Shown: piece after piece, positions 1-9,972 of the stretch
How the letters are laid out: every line of letters begins with the position of its first letter
Numbering within the stretch: position 1 is the first letter of the stretch
From: a bacterium
GTDB lineage: Bacteria; SAR324; NAC60-12
NCBI GenBank assembly: GCA_965209155.1
Contig: OZ242383.1
Span: 2,624,001 to 2,688,000 of the forward strand
Direction: 5' to 3'
Length of the DNA: 64,000 nucleotides
The notes under the pieces: model-generated
Databases searched by the model: none
The model's input: only the letters and a program-made list of their open reading frames with translations
What the model was told of the DNA's origin: nothing
Made by a program: the position numbers and the translations under genes

Positions 1-425
1 TCTTGTTGCCCCAAAACCCGGTCAAATTGCCATTTCCCCAGCAAATCTGCCACGCATTTCTGCGCGAAGGCGTTGGGCTTGTTGGTCAATACGCAGATGC
101 GGATGCCCCAGGCGACCAGAGCATCGAGCATCGCGCCAACCCCCGAATAGGGTTTGCTCTTGACGTTCCGGTTTTGCTCGTACAAATGGTTGAAAACCCG
201 GACGCAGCGTTGCACGGTTGATGGGTTTCTCTCCCCTTCGGGAAGCGCTCGATTGATTAACGCAGTAGCGCCCTCTCCTAAGAAATAACGATAGGATTCG
301 AGAGGATGGCTGGGAAAGCCATCTTGCTCGAGAACCTGGTTCACCGTGTCTGCCAAATCTTCCAAGGTGTCGAGCAAGGTGCCATCGAGGTCAAACAAGA
401 CCGCTTTGAATTCCATACGATCCAT
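1..425 (-). CDS. HAD-family hydrolase (phosphoglycolate phosphatase-like), runs off window start
   Basis: Manual translation from ATG at 425 (or 416): MDRMEFKAVLFDLDGTLLDTLEDLADTVN, containing HAD motif I DxDGT. Not in the ORF track because it is truncated by the window edge. Confidence 0.85.
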   Translation of the reverse strand, partial: MDRMEFKAVLFDLDGTLLDTLEDLADTVNQVLEQDGFPSHPLESYRYFLGEGATALINRALPEGERNPSTVQRCVRVFNHLYEQNRNVKSKPYSGVGAMLDALVAWGIRICVLTNKPNAFAQKCVADLLGKWQFDRVLGQQ

Positions 426-472
426 TGCAGAGTCAAAAGTACGCGCTAAAACTCAATTTTTCCAGCCAACGC

Positions 473-1027
473 TCAGAAGGAGGAAAGCAATTTTTTGATT
501 TCATTTTCAAATCGAAGGGCACGGCCATCGCCTTCATGCATTTCTCCCGAACTCTGCATAATCACCTCCCCCTTGGGGTCTACCAGGTAGAAGGTCGGCC
601 AGTACCGGTTACCCAACGCCCTCCAATAGCCATAGTCGTTGTCCATCATGATCGGGTGATCCAGACCATAGCGATTGGCCGCTCGCACCACTCGTTCGCG
701 TTCTTTTTCGTATGAAAATTCCGGAGTGTGGATTCCGATGACCTGCAATCCTTGTTCCTGGTATTTCTTTTTCATTCCATGGACCCATGGAAAACTGCGA
801 ATGCAGTTAATTCATATGGAGGTCCAGATTTCGATCAGAACCACCTTGCCCAGCAAATCGGCTTTTTTCAAAGGTTCTGAATTGATCCACATATTGGGAG
901 AATGCTGCGTAAACTCCGGCATGGTTTTCGCCTGAATCGAAAGGTTGTTCAGGAAAAAAATCAATCCGAGTCCCAAGCAACCTCCCAGAATATTTTTCAT
1001 GGATGGATGGAGTTGGATGGATGGCAT
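473..1027 (-). CDS. Thioredoxin-fold redoxin (DipZ/TlpA-like), probable selenoprotein with UxxC
   Basis: ORFs 812-1027 and 473-775 are in the same frame, joined by EIWTSI-TGA-INCIRSFPWVHG. The TGA at 812-814 falls at the first Cys position of CxxC. Also GIHTPEF and YWPT motifs and an N-terminal hydrophobic segment. Confidence 0.8.
775..792 (-). promoter_or_regulatory. Putative bacterial SECIS stem-loop
   Basis: On the coding strand TTCCATG-GGTC-CATGGAA; the G-starting loop begins 26 nt after the TGA. Confidence 0.55.
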
Positions 1028-1079
1028 ATCAGTATCCTTTCTTTCACTGGAAAATGTGAGTCATGAGTTGAATTTTAAT

Positions 1080-1304
1080 TAATCTCATTAAACCACCAGC
1101 TCTGCTGGTGCGAACCTAATAGGCTTTGCCGGTCAGACATGAGAAACGTATCCGTGTCCGTGAGCCGTGCTCGTGCTCGTGAACGGTCAGTGAATTCGAC
1201 GGCACATTTTGGTCACGAGCACGAGCACGTCTTACGATGACGAACACGTTTTGCCCTCATACTGGGGGCCTCTTCAAGCCACCGGCTCTGCCGGTGGTGA
1301 TGAC
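1080..1304 (+). mobile_element. IS200/IS605-end non-autonomous element, copy 1 (internal deletion, retains only the last ~8 codons of the cargo gene)
   Basis: Left hairpin CACCAGC-TCT-GCTGGTG and right hairpin CCACCGGC-TCT-GCCGGTGG; preceded by TTAAT and ends TGAC; colinear with 11386-11947 minus 337 nt. Confidence 0.85.
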
Positions 1305-1440
1305 TTATAAAATCAATAATTTAATATTTATGATGTGTCATGCTGGTTCCGGATCATCCAGAATCCAAAATATCAGCCGGATCCCCCTGGATTCCTGGTC
1401 AAGCCAGGAATGACACGTTTTTTAACATCTGATTCGCATA
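1305..1440. repeat. REP/BIME-like module (AT-rich lead, degenerate GTCAT..ATCCA arm, TGGATTCCTGGTCAAGCCAGGAATGAC core)
   Basis: Core at 1388-1414; homologous modules at 9577-9767 and 13900-14035. Confidence 0.8.
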
Positions 1441-1599
1441 CTGGAAAATGCGAAGTTAATGTCGGCTACCCATTTAAACATAGATAGAATGTCGGGAATC
1501 AATGGAATTGATTACACGCGATTCCTTGAAAAACTGCCATTCAATAAGAATTCCGGAATTTTAACAGAATCGTCAAGACTGCTCGAAAAAGCCTCGAGG

Positions 1600-2238
1600 C
1601 TAACCAACGAGGAAGAGGACGAATTCCCGACTGATGCCGGCGATCCACGACAACGGACTCCAGGCGGGCAGGAACAGACTGATGAGTAATAATCCCACGA
1701 TGGCCATAGTGCCATATTGCATATTCCAAATGACGTACTTGCGCCTTGCGCGAGAGGGAAGCAGGTAAGGCAACACGTAACTGCCGTCCAGGGGTCCCAG
1801 GGGGATGAGGTTGAAAAGGCACAAACTCATATTGATGAACATGAATAAAAAGAGAAAGGGTTGCCATTGAAAAGCCGTCAATCCGGATAACGTAAACACG
1901 TTCATCAAGACGCCTCCGATGATGGTGAGGATCAAGTTCATTCCAGGTCCGGCTGCAGCGACATAGAGATGGGCATTTCGGATGCGAAAATTTCTGGGAT
2001 CCACCGGGACCGGTTTGGCATAGCCGATGCCGACGAATAAAAGCATTAAGCTGCCGAAAACGTCCAGGTGGACGAAAGGATTGATGCTCATCCGACCTTG
2101 CAACCTGGCAGTGGAATCGCCACATAAATAAGCCACGTAAGCATGGCCGAATTCATGCAGGGTCAAGGCGAACATCAACGCCGCAATGAGTAAAATCCCC
2201 AAGCGGGGATCCTGCTGGATAAGATTGATCAAAGACAT
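1600..2238 (-). CDS. Site-2 protease family (M50) membrane metalloprotease
   Basis: HEFGH and NLIPLGPLDG motifs; hydrophobic. Confidence 0.9.
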   Translation of the reverse strand: MSLINLIQQDPRLGILLIAALMFALTLHEFGHAYVAYLCGDSTARLQGRMSINPFVHLDVFGSLMLLFVGIGYAKPVPVDPRNFRIRNAHLYVAAAGPGMNLILTIIGGVLMNVFTLSGLTAFQWQPFLFLFMFINMSLCLFNLIPLGPLDGSYVLPYLLPSRARRKYVIWNMQYGTMAIVGLLLISLFLPAWSPLSWIAGISREFVLFLVG

Positions 2239-2251
2239 GGATTCGACTCGT

Positions 2252-3544
2252 TTAAACCCAAATCAGGTTGGGATTGGGGACGATGGTTTCCTCCCGCCGG
2301 GCGCCCACTGAAATCAAGGAGATGGGAGCGTTGACCAATTCACTGATGCGCTTCAAATAAGAAATAAGAGCGGGAGGCAGCTTGTCATACTCGGTGATGT
2401 TCTGGGTTGGACAGAGCCAACCCGGGTGCTCTTCGTAAACCGGAGTCAGGTTGACCACGGGCAAAGGCGGCATTTCGGTATAAGTCTGGCCGTCTGCGGT
2501 CTCATATTTAATCGCTATTTTAATGGTTTCGAATTTATCCAGCACGTCCAGTTTGGTGACGGCAAGGGAAGTGACTCCATTCAATCGTACCGACTGACGC
2601 ACTAAAACCGCATCGAACCAGCCACAACGTCTCGGTCGACCGGTGGTTGCGCCAAATTCGGAGCCTTCAGTTTGCAGCAATTCCCCGGTTTCATCGAGCA
2701 ATTCGGTAGGAAAAGGGCCCTCGCCGACCCGAGTCGTGTATGCTTTGGCAATGCCGAGCACTTTGGAGATCTTCATGGGTCCCACGCCACACCCGGAAGC
2801 CGCTCCTCCGGCGAGCGTGTTGGACGACGTGACGAAGGGATAGGTCCCGTGGTCCACATCGAGGAAAGTCCCCTGCGCTCCTTCGAACAGGACGTTTTGA
2901 CCCCGATCGATGGCCTGGTTGATCAAGATGGAAGTATCCATCAGGTAAGGGCGCAATTGCTCATAATAATTCAAATAGTCTTTATAAATGGAATCCACGG
3001 ACAATTCGATATTTTCCTGAAAAAAGTGTCGTAACAGACAATTTTTTTCAGGAATAATCGCCTCCAGACATTTTTTAAAATAAGGTGGATCACTCATGTC
3101 GACCAGTCGAATACCCAGGCGGGAAATTTTATCCGTATAGGAGGGGCCGATCCCACGGCCGGTGGTTCCGAGCGTACGGCTGTGATTCAATTTTTCTCGT
3201 AATTGGTCAAAAAGTCGATGGTATGGCATGACCACGTGCGCAGTGTGGCTGATTTTCAGATTTTCTTTGACGGAGACCCGCATTTCCTGCAGTCTCTCCA
3301 CTTCTTCCAAGAGGAAAACAGGGTCGACCACCACTCCGTTGCCGATGACGGAAGTTTTGTTGCGCAGGATGCCTGAGGGGATCAGGTGCAGGATGAAGGT
3401 CTGGTTCTGGAATTTGACCGTATGTCCCGCGTTGCTTCCTCCTTGATAACGCGCAACGACGTCTGCACGTTCTGTTAGAAAATCAACCAGTTTTCCTTTT
3501 CCTTCGTCTCCCCACTGGGTACCAACGACGGCCACGCAAGTCAT
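2252..3544 (-). CDS. purA: Adenylosuccinate synthetase
   Basis: QWGDEGKGK, GIGPSYTDK, GATTGRPRRCGWFD. Confidence 0.98.
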   Translation of the reverse strand: MTCVAVVGTQWGDEGKGKLVDFLTERADVVARYQGGSNAGHTVKFQNQTFILHLIPSGILRNKTSVIGNGVVVDPVFLLEEVERLQEMRVSVKENLKISHTAHVVMPYHRLFDQLREKLNHSRTLGTTGRGIGPSYTDKISRLGIRLVDMSDPPYFKKCLEAIIPEKNCLLRHFFQENIELSVDSIYKDYLNYYEQLRPYLMDTSILINQAIDRGQNVLFEGAQGTFLDVDHGTYPFVTSSNTLAGGAASGCGVGPMKISKVLGIAKAYTTRVGEGPFPTELLDETGELLQTEGSEFGATTGRPRRCGWFDAVLVRQSVRLNGVTSLAVTKLDVLDKFETIKIAIKYETADGQTYTEMPPLPVVNLTPVYEEHPGWLCPTQNITEYDKLPPALISYLKRISELVNAPISLISVGARREETIVPNPNLIWV

Positions 3545-3563
3545 GTGAATCCTGTGATAATGG

Positions 3564-4373
3564 TTAGGAGGATTGAGCCAGTTCCTTGGCTCGCAGGTAA
3601 GCAGCCCGCAGTCCTTCCTGAAAAAGTATTCCTATACGGCTTTGCTCGAAAGAGCGCAGGGCCGCCTCCGTGGTCCCGCCCGGAGAGGTGACGCGGTGCC
3701 TCAACTCGTCCACGGGAATGGACTGTTTTTCCCAAAGTAAGACCGCGCCTTTTATAGTCTGTTGCGTCAATATGCTCGCTTGTTCATGCGAAAATCCGAA
3801 TTTAATGGCGCATGCCATCATTTGTTCGGCAATATAGAAAACATAGGCGGGTCCACTTCCTGAAATGGCGGTTGCCGCGTCAATGGCATCTTCCTGATCC
3901 ACTGAAAAAGCGCGTCCATTGGCATTCAAGATGGATTGCGTAAATTGAACCTGCGCACTGCTAAGGTCTCGAGTGCCATAGTAAATGCTCATTCCTTCAC
4001 CGATTTGCGCAGGAGTATTGGGCATGGCACGCACGATGGAGCGGTGATTCAATTCACGAATCATTTGTTCGATGGAAATTCCTGCCATAATTGAGATAAC
4101 GACTTGATTGGAAGCAAGAAAAGGCGCCAAATCCTGCATCACAGCGGAAGCATTTTGTGGTTTGACTGCCAGGAGTATCCCATAGAATCGAGAAATTTCA
4201 TCGTCGATATTTTCCCGAACTGCGCATCCTAATGCTTGCGCCAGGTCCTCACGTAGTGTGGAAACGAGCTCGATGATCATCAATTTGGAAGGAGCGATGG
4301 TTTGGGTTGCAAGAAGAGAATGGGCCATCGCTCCTCCCATATTTCCTCCTCCAATGATCGCTAAATTCATCAA
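3564..4373 (-). CDS. proC: Pyrroline-5-carboxylate reductase
   Basis: IGGGNMG, LAVKPQ, MPNTP, SGSGPAY, VTSPGGTT. Confidence 0.96.
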   Translation of the reverse strand: MMNLAIIGGGNMGGAMAHSLLATQTIAPSKLMIIELVSTLREDLAQALGCAVRENIDDEISRFYGILLAVKPQNASAVMQDLAPFLASNQVVISIMAGISIEQMIRELNHRSIVRAMPNTPAQIGEGMSIYYGTRDLSSAQVQFTQSILNANGRAFSVDQEDAIDAATAISGSGPAYVFYIAEQMMACAIKFGFSHEQASILTQQTIKGAVLLWEKQSIPVDELRHRVTSPGGTTEAALRSFEQSRIGILFQEGLRAAYLRAKELAQSS

Positions 4374-4545
4374 TCAGACTCCCATTGCCTGGTCCACCTG
4401 TTTAAAACACGGCCAATATCGACGGATTTGCCGGGAATGAACGCGCATTTCCGGATAAGGTGGGTTTGGCTTATCATTTTCATTCAGAACTTGTAAGCAT
4501 AAGGGAAGGATCCGTAAAAATCAATTCCAAATTCGTTACCGCCTT

Positions 4546-5316
4546 ATGACCCCCATTGTTCTCGCTCCTGCTCAAAACAATCTCTATATTGTGAGCGATT
4601 CCCACCTCGACCAGGATACCGCTCCTTATGAGGAGTTTATCACCATGTTGTCTTCACTTGAAAATCCGGGGGCCTTGGTTTGTTTGGGCGATTTGTTCAA
4701 AGTCTGGTTAGCTCTTCCCCAGTTCTGGCTGCCCATGCATGAGCAAGTGATGGCTACGTTTGAAATATTGCGCAGTCGGGGTGTGGTGGTTATATTCGTA
4801 GTAGGGAACCGGGAAGTGTTGATTCCCGGGAAATGGAGCGAAACGTGGGAGAAAAAATTTCCTTTCACTCATTTGGTCCATGACGAATGCCGGGTGGAGT
4901 GGCGTGCCAGACGTTATGGTTTCATCCATGGAGACTCGATCAACCGGCAGGATTTGAATCATTTGCGATGGCGGAAAATTGTCCGCAGCCACGGATTTGA
5001 ATGGTTCTTTCGAGCGATGCCCGGCCCGTTGGCTCGTTGGGTGGCGGATCACCTGGAACAAACTCTGGCTCAATCCAATTTTAAATACAAGTCCTCATTT
5101 CCACAAAATGAAGTAGAAAACTTTGCGAAAGACGTTTTAGATGATGTGGATTGGTACTTTGTGGGACATTTTCATGAAGACCACCAAATCCATTTACCTG
5201 GCAAACGCGGTATATTGAGGATAGTACCCGACTGGATGAGCAAGCGCACGATACTGCAAATCAACCCTGCCGGGCATGTCCGGACCCTCCACTTCCAAAA
5301 TGGCGCCTTCCGATGA
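4546..5316 (+). CDS. Calcineurin-like metallophosphoesterase, LpxH-like UDP-2,3-diacylglucosamine diphosphatase
   Basis: SDSH, LGDLF, GNRE, HGD and GHFH motifs. Confidence 0.75.
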   Translation: MTPIVLAPAQNNLYIVSDSHLDQDTAPYEEFITMLSSLENPGALVCLGDLFKVWLALPQFWLPMHEQVMATFEILRSRGVVVIFVVGNREVLIPGKWSETWEKKFPFTHLVHDECRVEWRARRYGFIHGDSINRQDLNHLRWRKIVRSHGFEWFFRAMPGPLARWVADHLEQTLAQSNFKYKSSFPQNEVENFAKDVLDDVDWYFVGHFHEDHQIHLPGKRGILRIVPDWMSKRTILQINPAGHVRTLHFQNGAFR

Positions 5317-5477
5317 GTATCCCGGCTATCCGCTCCGGTGTTTCGTTAAAAAGCGATCAGCCGGATTCCGCATCGAAGAATCTCGCACCTTCTCTCTTGC
5401 GCACCAATAGTTCCTGGTCCTGAGGAGAAAGCTGCGAATGATACGGTGTCCCCCGCTCAAACCAAGGCAGTCCGTAC

Positions 5478-8414
5478 TCATGGTTCCCAGGTTTCCATGG
5501 GAGGACAGGCGCAGAATAAATTCCGGTCTCCATAACTTTCGTCGATTCGTGAAACATTGGGCCAGAATTTGTTGAATGACAAGTTTTTGACGGGAAATGC
5601 CGCTTTCTGGCGTGAATAGGGATGGGACCAGTCATCACGTGCAATGGCGGCACTGGTATGGGGGGCATTTTTCAGGACGTTGTCTCGAGGATCCGATATA
5701 CCTTCTTCGATTTCCCGGATTTCCTCGCGTATGCTGATCATGGCCTGGCAAAAACGGTCCAATTCTTCTTTATTCTCACTTTCGGTCGGTTCGATCATCA
5801 GGGTTCCCGGCACTGGAAACGAGACGGTCGGCGCATGGAATCCATAATCCATCAATCGTTTGGCAACGTCCTGCACTTCGACCTGCGCCGTGTTTTTAAA
5901 ACGGCGCATATCAAAAATCAGTTCATGCGCCACTCGACCATTTTTGCCTTTGAACAATAAGGGATAATACCCGTAGAGGCGGTCCTTGAGGTAGTTGGCG
6001 TTCAGGATGGCATAACGGGTGGCTTCACGAATTCCCTGCGAACCGAGCATTTTGATGTACGCATAGGAAATCAAGAGAATGCTGGCACTGCTCCAAGGGG
6101 CGGATGCGATGGCGGAAATGCCTTTTTCCCCTCCCACCGGAACCAAAGGATGTCCGGGCAGAAATGGGACGAGGTGCTCCGCAACGCAAATCGGTCCCAT
6201 GCCGGGGCCCCCTCCTCCATGAGGAATACTGAAGGTTTTGTGCAAATTCAGGTGACAGACGTCCACTCCGATCTTTCCGGGATGAGTCAGACCCACTTGC
6301 GCGTTGAGGTTGGCGCCATCCATATAGACCTGACCTCCGTGGTGGTGGACGATTTGACAGATTTGAAGGATTTGTTCTTCATAAACACCGTGGGTTGAAG
6401 GGTAAGTCACCATCAATCCCGCCAGCCGTTCCCGGTTCTGTTTTGCTTTTGTCCGGAGATCATTGACGTCGATGTTTCCCATTTCGTCGCAACGCGCGAC
6501 CACGACTTCCATACCACACATGGCGGCGCTGGCGGGGTTGGTTCCATGCGCCGACGAAGGAATGAGGACAATGTTGCGATGCGACTCTCCCCTGTCGTGA
6601 TGGTAGGCCCGGATGACCAACAAACCCGCGTATTCTCCCTGAGCTCCGGAGTTGGGTTGTAAGGAGATTCCGGGCAGACCGGTGATTTCACAGAGATCGT
6701 TTTCCAGTGCCTGAATGATTTCCGCGTATCCCCGGGTTTGCTCTTCAGGCGCAAAGGGATGAATCCTGGAAAATTGGGGCCAGGTTACCGGGATCATCTC
6801 GGTGGTGGCATTGAGTTTCATAGTACAGGAGCCCAGTGGAATCATCGATCCTGTCAGGGAAAGATCTTTGTTTTCCAACGACTTGATGTAACGCAACATG
6901 CTGGTTTCAGAACGAAAGCGATGAAAAACGGGATGAGTCAAAAAGTCGTCGCGACGGATCAAAGAATCGGGAATGGCCAGTGAATCGCTTTCTCCTGCAG
7001 GAGAACCTTTCCATTCATCGCGCGTGAAGAGAGAAATGAGTTTATGAATATCATCCAGGCTTGTGGTTTCATCGAGACTGATACCAAGCGTGTTGTCGTC
7101 GATTTGGCGGAGGTTGATGTTTTGCGCGAGGGCATTGCGTCGGATTTGATCCAGGTCGAGAGGGGCGGAAGGCGCTGATTGAACTTTGAGCGTATCGAAA
7201 AAGTATAAATTCTCCTGCCGGTAGCCGAGTTTTTTCAATTCGTTGTTGAGCCAGCAAGTACGGGTGTGAACTGTTTCGGCAATCGCTTTCAATCCTTCGG
7301 GGCCGTGGTAAACGCCATACATACCAGCCATAATGGCAAGGAGAGCCTGGGCCGTGCAAATATTGGAAGTCGCCCGATCTCGTTTGATATGCTGTTCCCG
7401 GGTTTGCAAAGACATGCGATAGGCCGTGTTTTGGTGGGCATCGATGGAAACACCGATCACCCGGCCCGGAATTTCCCGCGCATGGGCTTGCCGAGTGGCA
7501 AAATAAGCGGCATGTGGTCCGCCGTAACCCATCGGAACTCCGAATCGTTGAGCAGAACCAATGACCACGTCCGCTCCCAGTTCTCCAGGGGATTTCAACA
7601 ACACTGAAGCCAATAAATCCGAGGCGAATACGACGAGCAGTCCGGAAGCATGAGCGTTGTCGACAAATTCTCCGTAGTCACGAACCGACCCTGTTTCGGT
7701 TGGGTATTGCACGATAGCTCCGAAAAATTGATCATCAAAAACTGCTTGGCGATAATCCCCCACGATGATTTCTATATTCAAGGGTTCGGCTCTTGTTTTC
7801 ATGATGGCGATGCTGGTCTCAAAGCATTCATCCGATACAAAAAATTTGTTCTTGCCCGGATTTCGTCCTGTCGACCGGGCGGGATCCTTCTTTGCTCCTC
7901 GTCGACGTTTGTTTGTGACGCGATAGGCAAGCGTCATCGCTTCGGCAGCCGCGGTTCCCTCATCGAGTAGCGAAGCGTTCGCAATTTCCATTCCCGTGAG
8001 GTCAATGACCATGGTTTGAAAATTCAGCAGGGCTTCCAGGCGTCCTTGGGATATTTCCGGTTGGTACGGAGTGTATTGCGTATACCAGCCCGGGTTTTCC
8101 ATGATATTGCGTAGTATCACATTAGGCGTGTAACAATCATGATATCCCAGTCCAAGGTATGATTTGTAAATTTTGTTCTTTTCAGCAATTTTCCGCAAAT
8201 GCTCCAGCAGTTCCGATTCTCCCAATGCGTCTGAAATATCGAGTTCTTTCCGCAGGCGAATCGGGGTGGGGATGGTCTCTTCAACCAGTTGTTCCAGCGT
8301 GGATGCCTTGCACGTTTCCAACATGGCCTGGACGTCGTCTTCTCCAGGTCCCAAATGCCTTCTTTGAAAAAAATCGGAACGATATTCACTTGCCATAGGA
8401 CTTTCCTTTTTCAT
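5478..8414 (-). CDS. gcvP: Glycine dehydrogenase (decarboxylating), P protein
   Basis: YTPYQPEISQGRLE, LNLHKTFSIPHGGGGPG, MIEPTESE. Confidence 0.98.
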   Translation of the reverse strand: MKKESPMASEYRSDFFQRRHLGPGEDDVQAMLETCKASTLEQLVEETIPTPIRLRKELDISDALGESELLEHLRKIAEKNKIYKSYLGLGYHDCYTPNVILRNIMENPGWYTQYTPYQPEISQGRLEALLNFQTMVIDLTGMEIANASLLDEGTAAAEAMTLAYRVTNKRRRGAKKDPARSTGRNPGKNKFFVSDECFETSIAIMKTRAEPLNIEIIVGDYRQAVFDDQFFGAIVQYPTETGSVRDYGEFVDNAHASGLLVVFASDLLASVLLKSPGELGADVVIGSAQRFGVPMGYGGPHAAYFATRQAHAREIPGRVIGVSIDAHQNTAYRMSLQTREQHIKRDRATSNICTAQALLAIMAGMYGVYHGPEGLKAIAETVHTRTCWLNNELKKLGYRQENLYFFDTLKVQSAPSAPLDLDQIRRNALAQNINLRQIDDNTLGISLDETTSLDDIHKLISLFTRDEWKGSPAGESDSLAIPDSLIRRDDFLTHPVFHRFRSETSMLRYIKSLENKDLSLTGSMIPLGSCTMKLNATTEMIPVTWPQFSRIHPFAPEEQTRGYAEIIQALENDLCEITGLPGISLQPNSGAQGEYAGLLVIRAYHHDRGESHRNIVLIPSSAHGTNPASAAMCGMEVVVARCDEMGNIDVNDLRTKAKQNRERLAGLMVTYPSTHGVYEEQILQICQIVHHHGGQVYMDGANLNAQVGLTHPGKIGVDVCHLNLHKTFSIPHGGGGPGMGPICVAEHLVPFLPGHPLVPVGGEKGISAIASAPWSSASILLISYAYIKMLGSQGIREATRYAILNANYLKDRLYGYYPLLFKGKNGRVAHELIFDMRRFKNTAQVEVQDVAKRLMDYGFHAPTVSFPVPGTLMIEPTESENKEELDRFCQAMISIREEIREIEEGISDPRDNVLKNAPHTSAAIARDDWSHPYSRQKAAFPVKNLSFNKFWPNVSRIDESYGDRNLFCACPPMETWEP

Positions 8415-8427
8415 TGCCGAAGGAATG

Positions 8428-9543
8428 TCAAATTACCACAAATGGGGGTTTGACGATTGTTGCCGGGAATAGTTTGTTTCGAATTTGAATGTTCAGCGTT
8501 TCTCCCACTTTCGAGTGCTCGATTGGAACGTAGCCCATGCCGATTCCCTTTCCCAATGTGGGAGAACTGCTTCCGCTGGTCACTTCTCCCAGCACCCGAT
8601 CTCCCTTTGCATCCAGAATGGGATAGTGAGGACGGGGAACGCCTCGCACATCGAGAATGAAACGGATCAATTTTTGTCGTATTCCTTCAGATTTAACTTT
8701 TTGCAAGGCCTCTTTCCCGAGGAATTCTTTTTTTTGTAAAGCGACGAAACGTCCCAATCCCGCTTCCAGGGGATTGTGCCGGTCATCAATATCCTGACCG
8801 TAGAGTGGGAAGCAAACTTCCAGACGAAGCGTGTCCCGCGATCCTAATCCGGCGGGTAAGATTCCGTAATTCAGACCATAGTACATCAGAGCTTCCCAGA
8901 TTTCCTCACTACTTTCGGGCGGGCAATAAATTTCAAATCCATCTTCTCCCGTATATCCCATGCGCGCCAGCATGACAGGATGTTCGTATAATTCGATTTC
9001 CCGGAAGCAGTAGTATCGTATATCTTGCAATGGCTTCTTTGTGATGGATTCCAACACTGGTTGCGCGTATTTCCCCTGGATAGCGATTTGCGCGTATTGA
9101 GCAGACCGGTTTTCGCAGCACACCCGACCTTCCAGGTTCGACCGGATCCATTGAAAATCCTTGTCGGTGTTGGAAGCATTGGTACAAAGAAAATACTGCT
9201 CTTCTGAAATACGATACACCGTCACATCATCTACGAACGTACCATTTTCATAAAGCAGCGCCGAATACTGCGCTTGCCCATCGCTTAATTTCGATACATC
9301 ATTACAAGTCAATCGTTGCAGGTTGGTCAAAGCATCTTTCCCTTCAATGAAAATTTCTCCCATGTGACTGACGTCGAACAAAGATACCGAATTGCGCGTA
9401 TTGTGGTGCTCTGTAATGATGCTGTCATACAGAATGGGCATTTCCCAACCCGCAAAATCCACGAATCTAGCCCCCATTTGGTGGTGAAGCTCATTGAGCG
9501 GAGTTTTTTTCAGTTCAGTCACGGAAGCCCCTTTTTTTGACAT
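8428..9543 (-). CDS. gcvT: Glycine cleavage aminomethyltransferase T
   Basis: FDVSHMGE, GYTGEDGFE, GLGSRDTLRLE. Confidence 0.97.
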   Translation of the reverse strand: MSKKGASVTELKKTPLNELHHQMGARFVDFAGWEMPILYDSIITEHHNTRNSVSLFDVSHMGEIFIEGKDALTNLQRLTCNDVSKLSDGQAQYSALLYENGTFVDDVTVYRISEEQYFLCTNASNTDKDFQWIRSNLEGRVCCENRSAQYAQIAIQGKYAQPVLESITKKPLQDIRYYCFREIELYEHPVMLARMGYTGEDGFEIYCPPESSEEIWEALMYYGLNYGILPAGLGSRDTLRLEVCFPLYGQDIDDRHNPLEAGLGRFVALQKKEFLGKEALQKVKSEGIRQKLIRFILDVRGVPRPHYPILDAKGDRVLGEVTSGSSSPTLGKGIGMGYVPIEHSKVGETLNIQIRNKLFPATIVKPPFVVI

Positions 9544-9576
9544 CGGTTTTATAAAGTGTAGGGGAATGCGAATCGG

Positions 9577-9767
9577 GAGTTTAAATTTAATTTATAAAAT
9601 CAATGATTTAATCATTATGATGTGTCATGCCGGTCCCGGATCACCCTGGATTCTCGATTACGCAGGGAGGACATCATTGATACCCTGGATTCCTGGTCAA
9701 GCCAGGAATGACACTCACCTCGTTTCCCTGTATTCCTGGTCAAGCCAGGAATGACACGATTTTTAAT
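9577..9767. repeat. REP/BIME-like module with two core palindromes
   Basis: Cores at 9686-9712 and 9729-9755 (ATTCCTGG-TCAAG-CCAGGAAT). Confidence 0.8.
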
Positions 9768-9972
9768 TAATCTCATTAAACCACCAGCTCTGCTGGTGTG
9801 AACCTGATAGGCTTTGCCGGTCAGACATGAGAGACGTATCCGTGTCCGTTAGCCGTGCTCGTGATGGCAGCCTTTTTCGTTCACGAGCACGAGCACGTCT
9901 TACGATGACGAACACGTTTTGCCCTCATACTGGGGGCCTCTTCAAGCCACCGGCTCTGCCGGTGGTGATGAC
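9768..9972 (+). mobile_element. IS200/IS605-end element, copy 2 (ORF-less, 205 bp)
   Basis: Both hairpins intact; junction GTGCTCGTGA|TGGCAGCC removes the cargo ORF. Confidence 0.85.

Noticed and set aside
9544..9767. Glycine riboswitch upstream of gcvT
   Set aside because: No recognisable aptamer motifs; the region is filled by REP-like repeats
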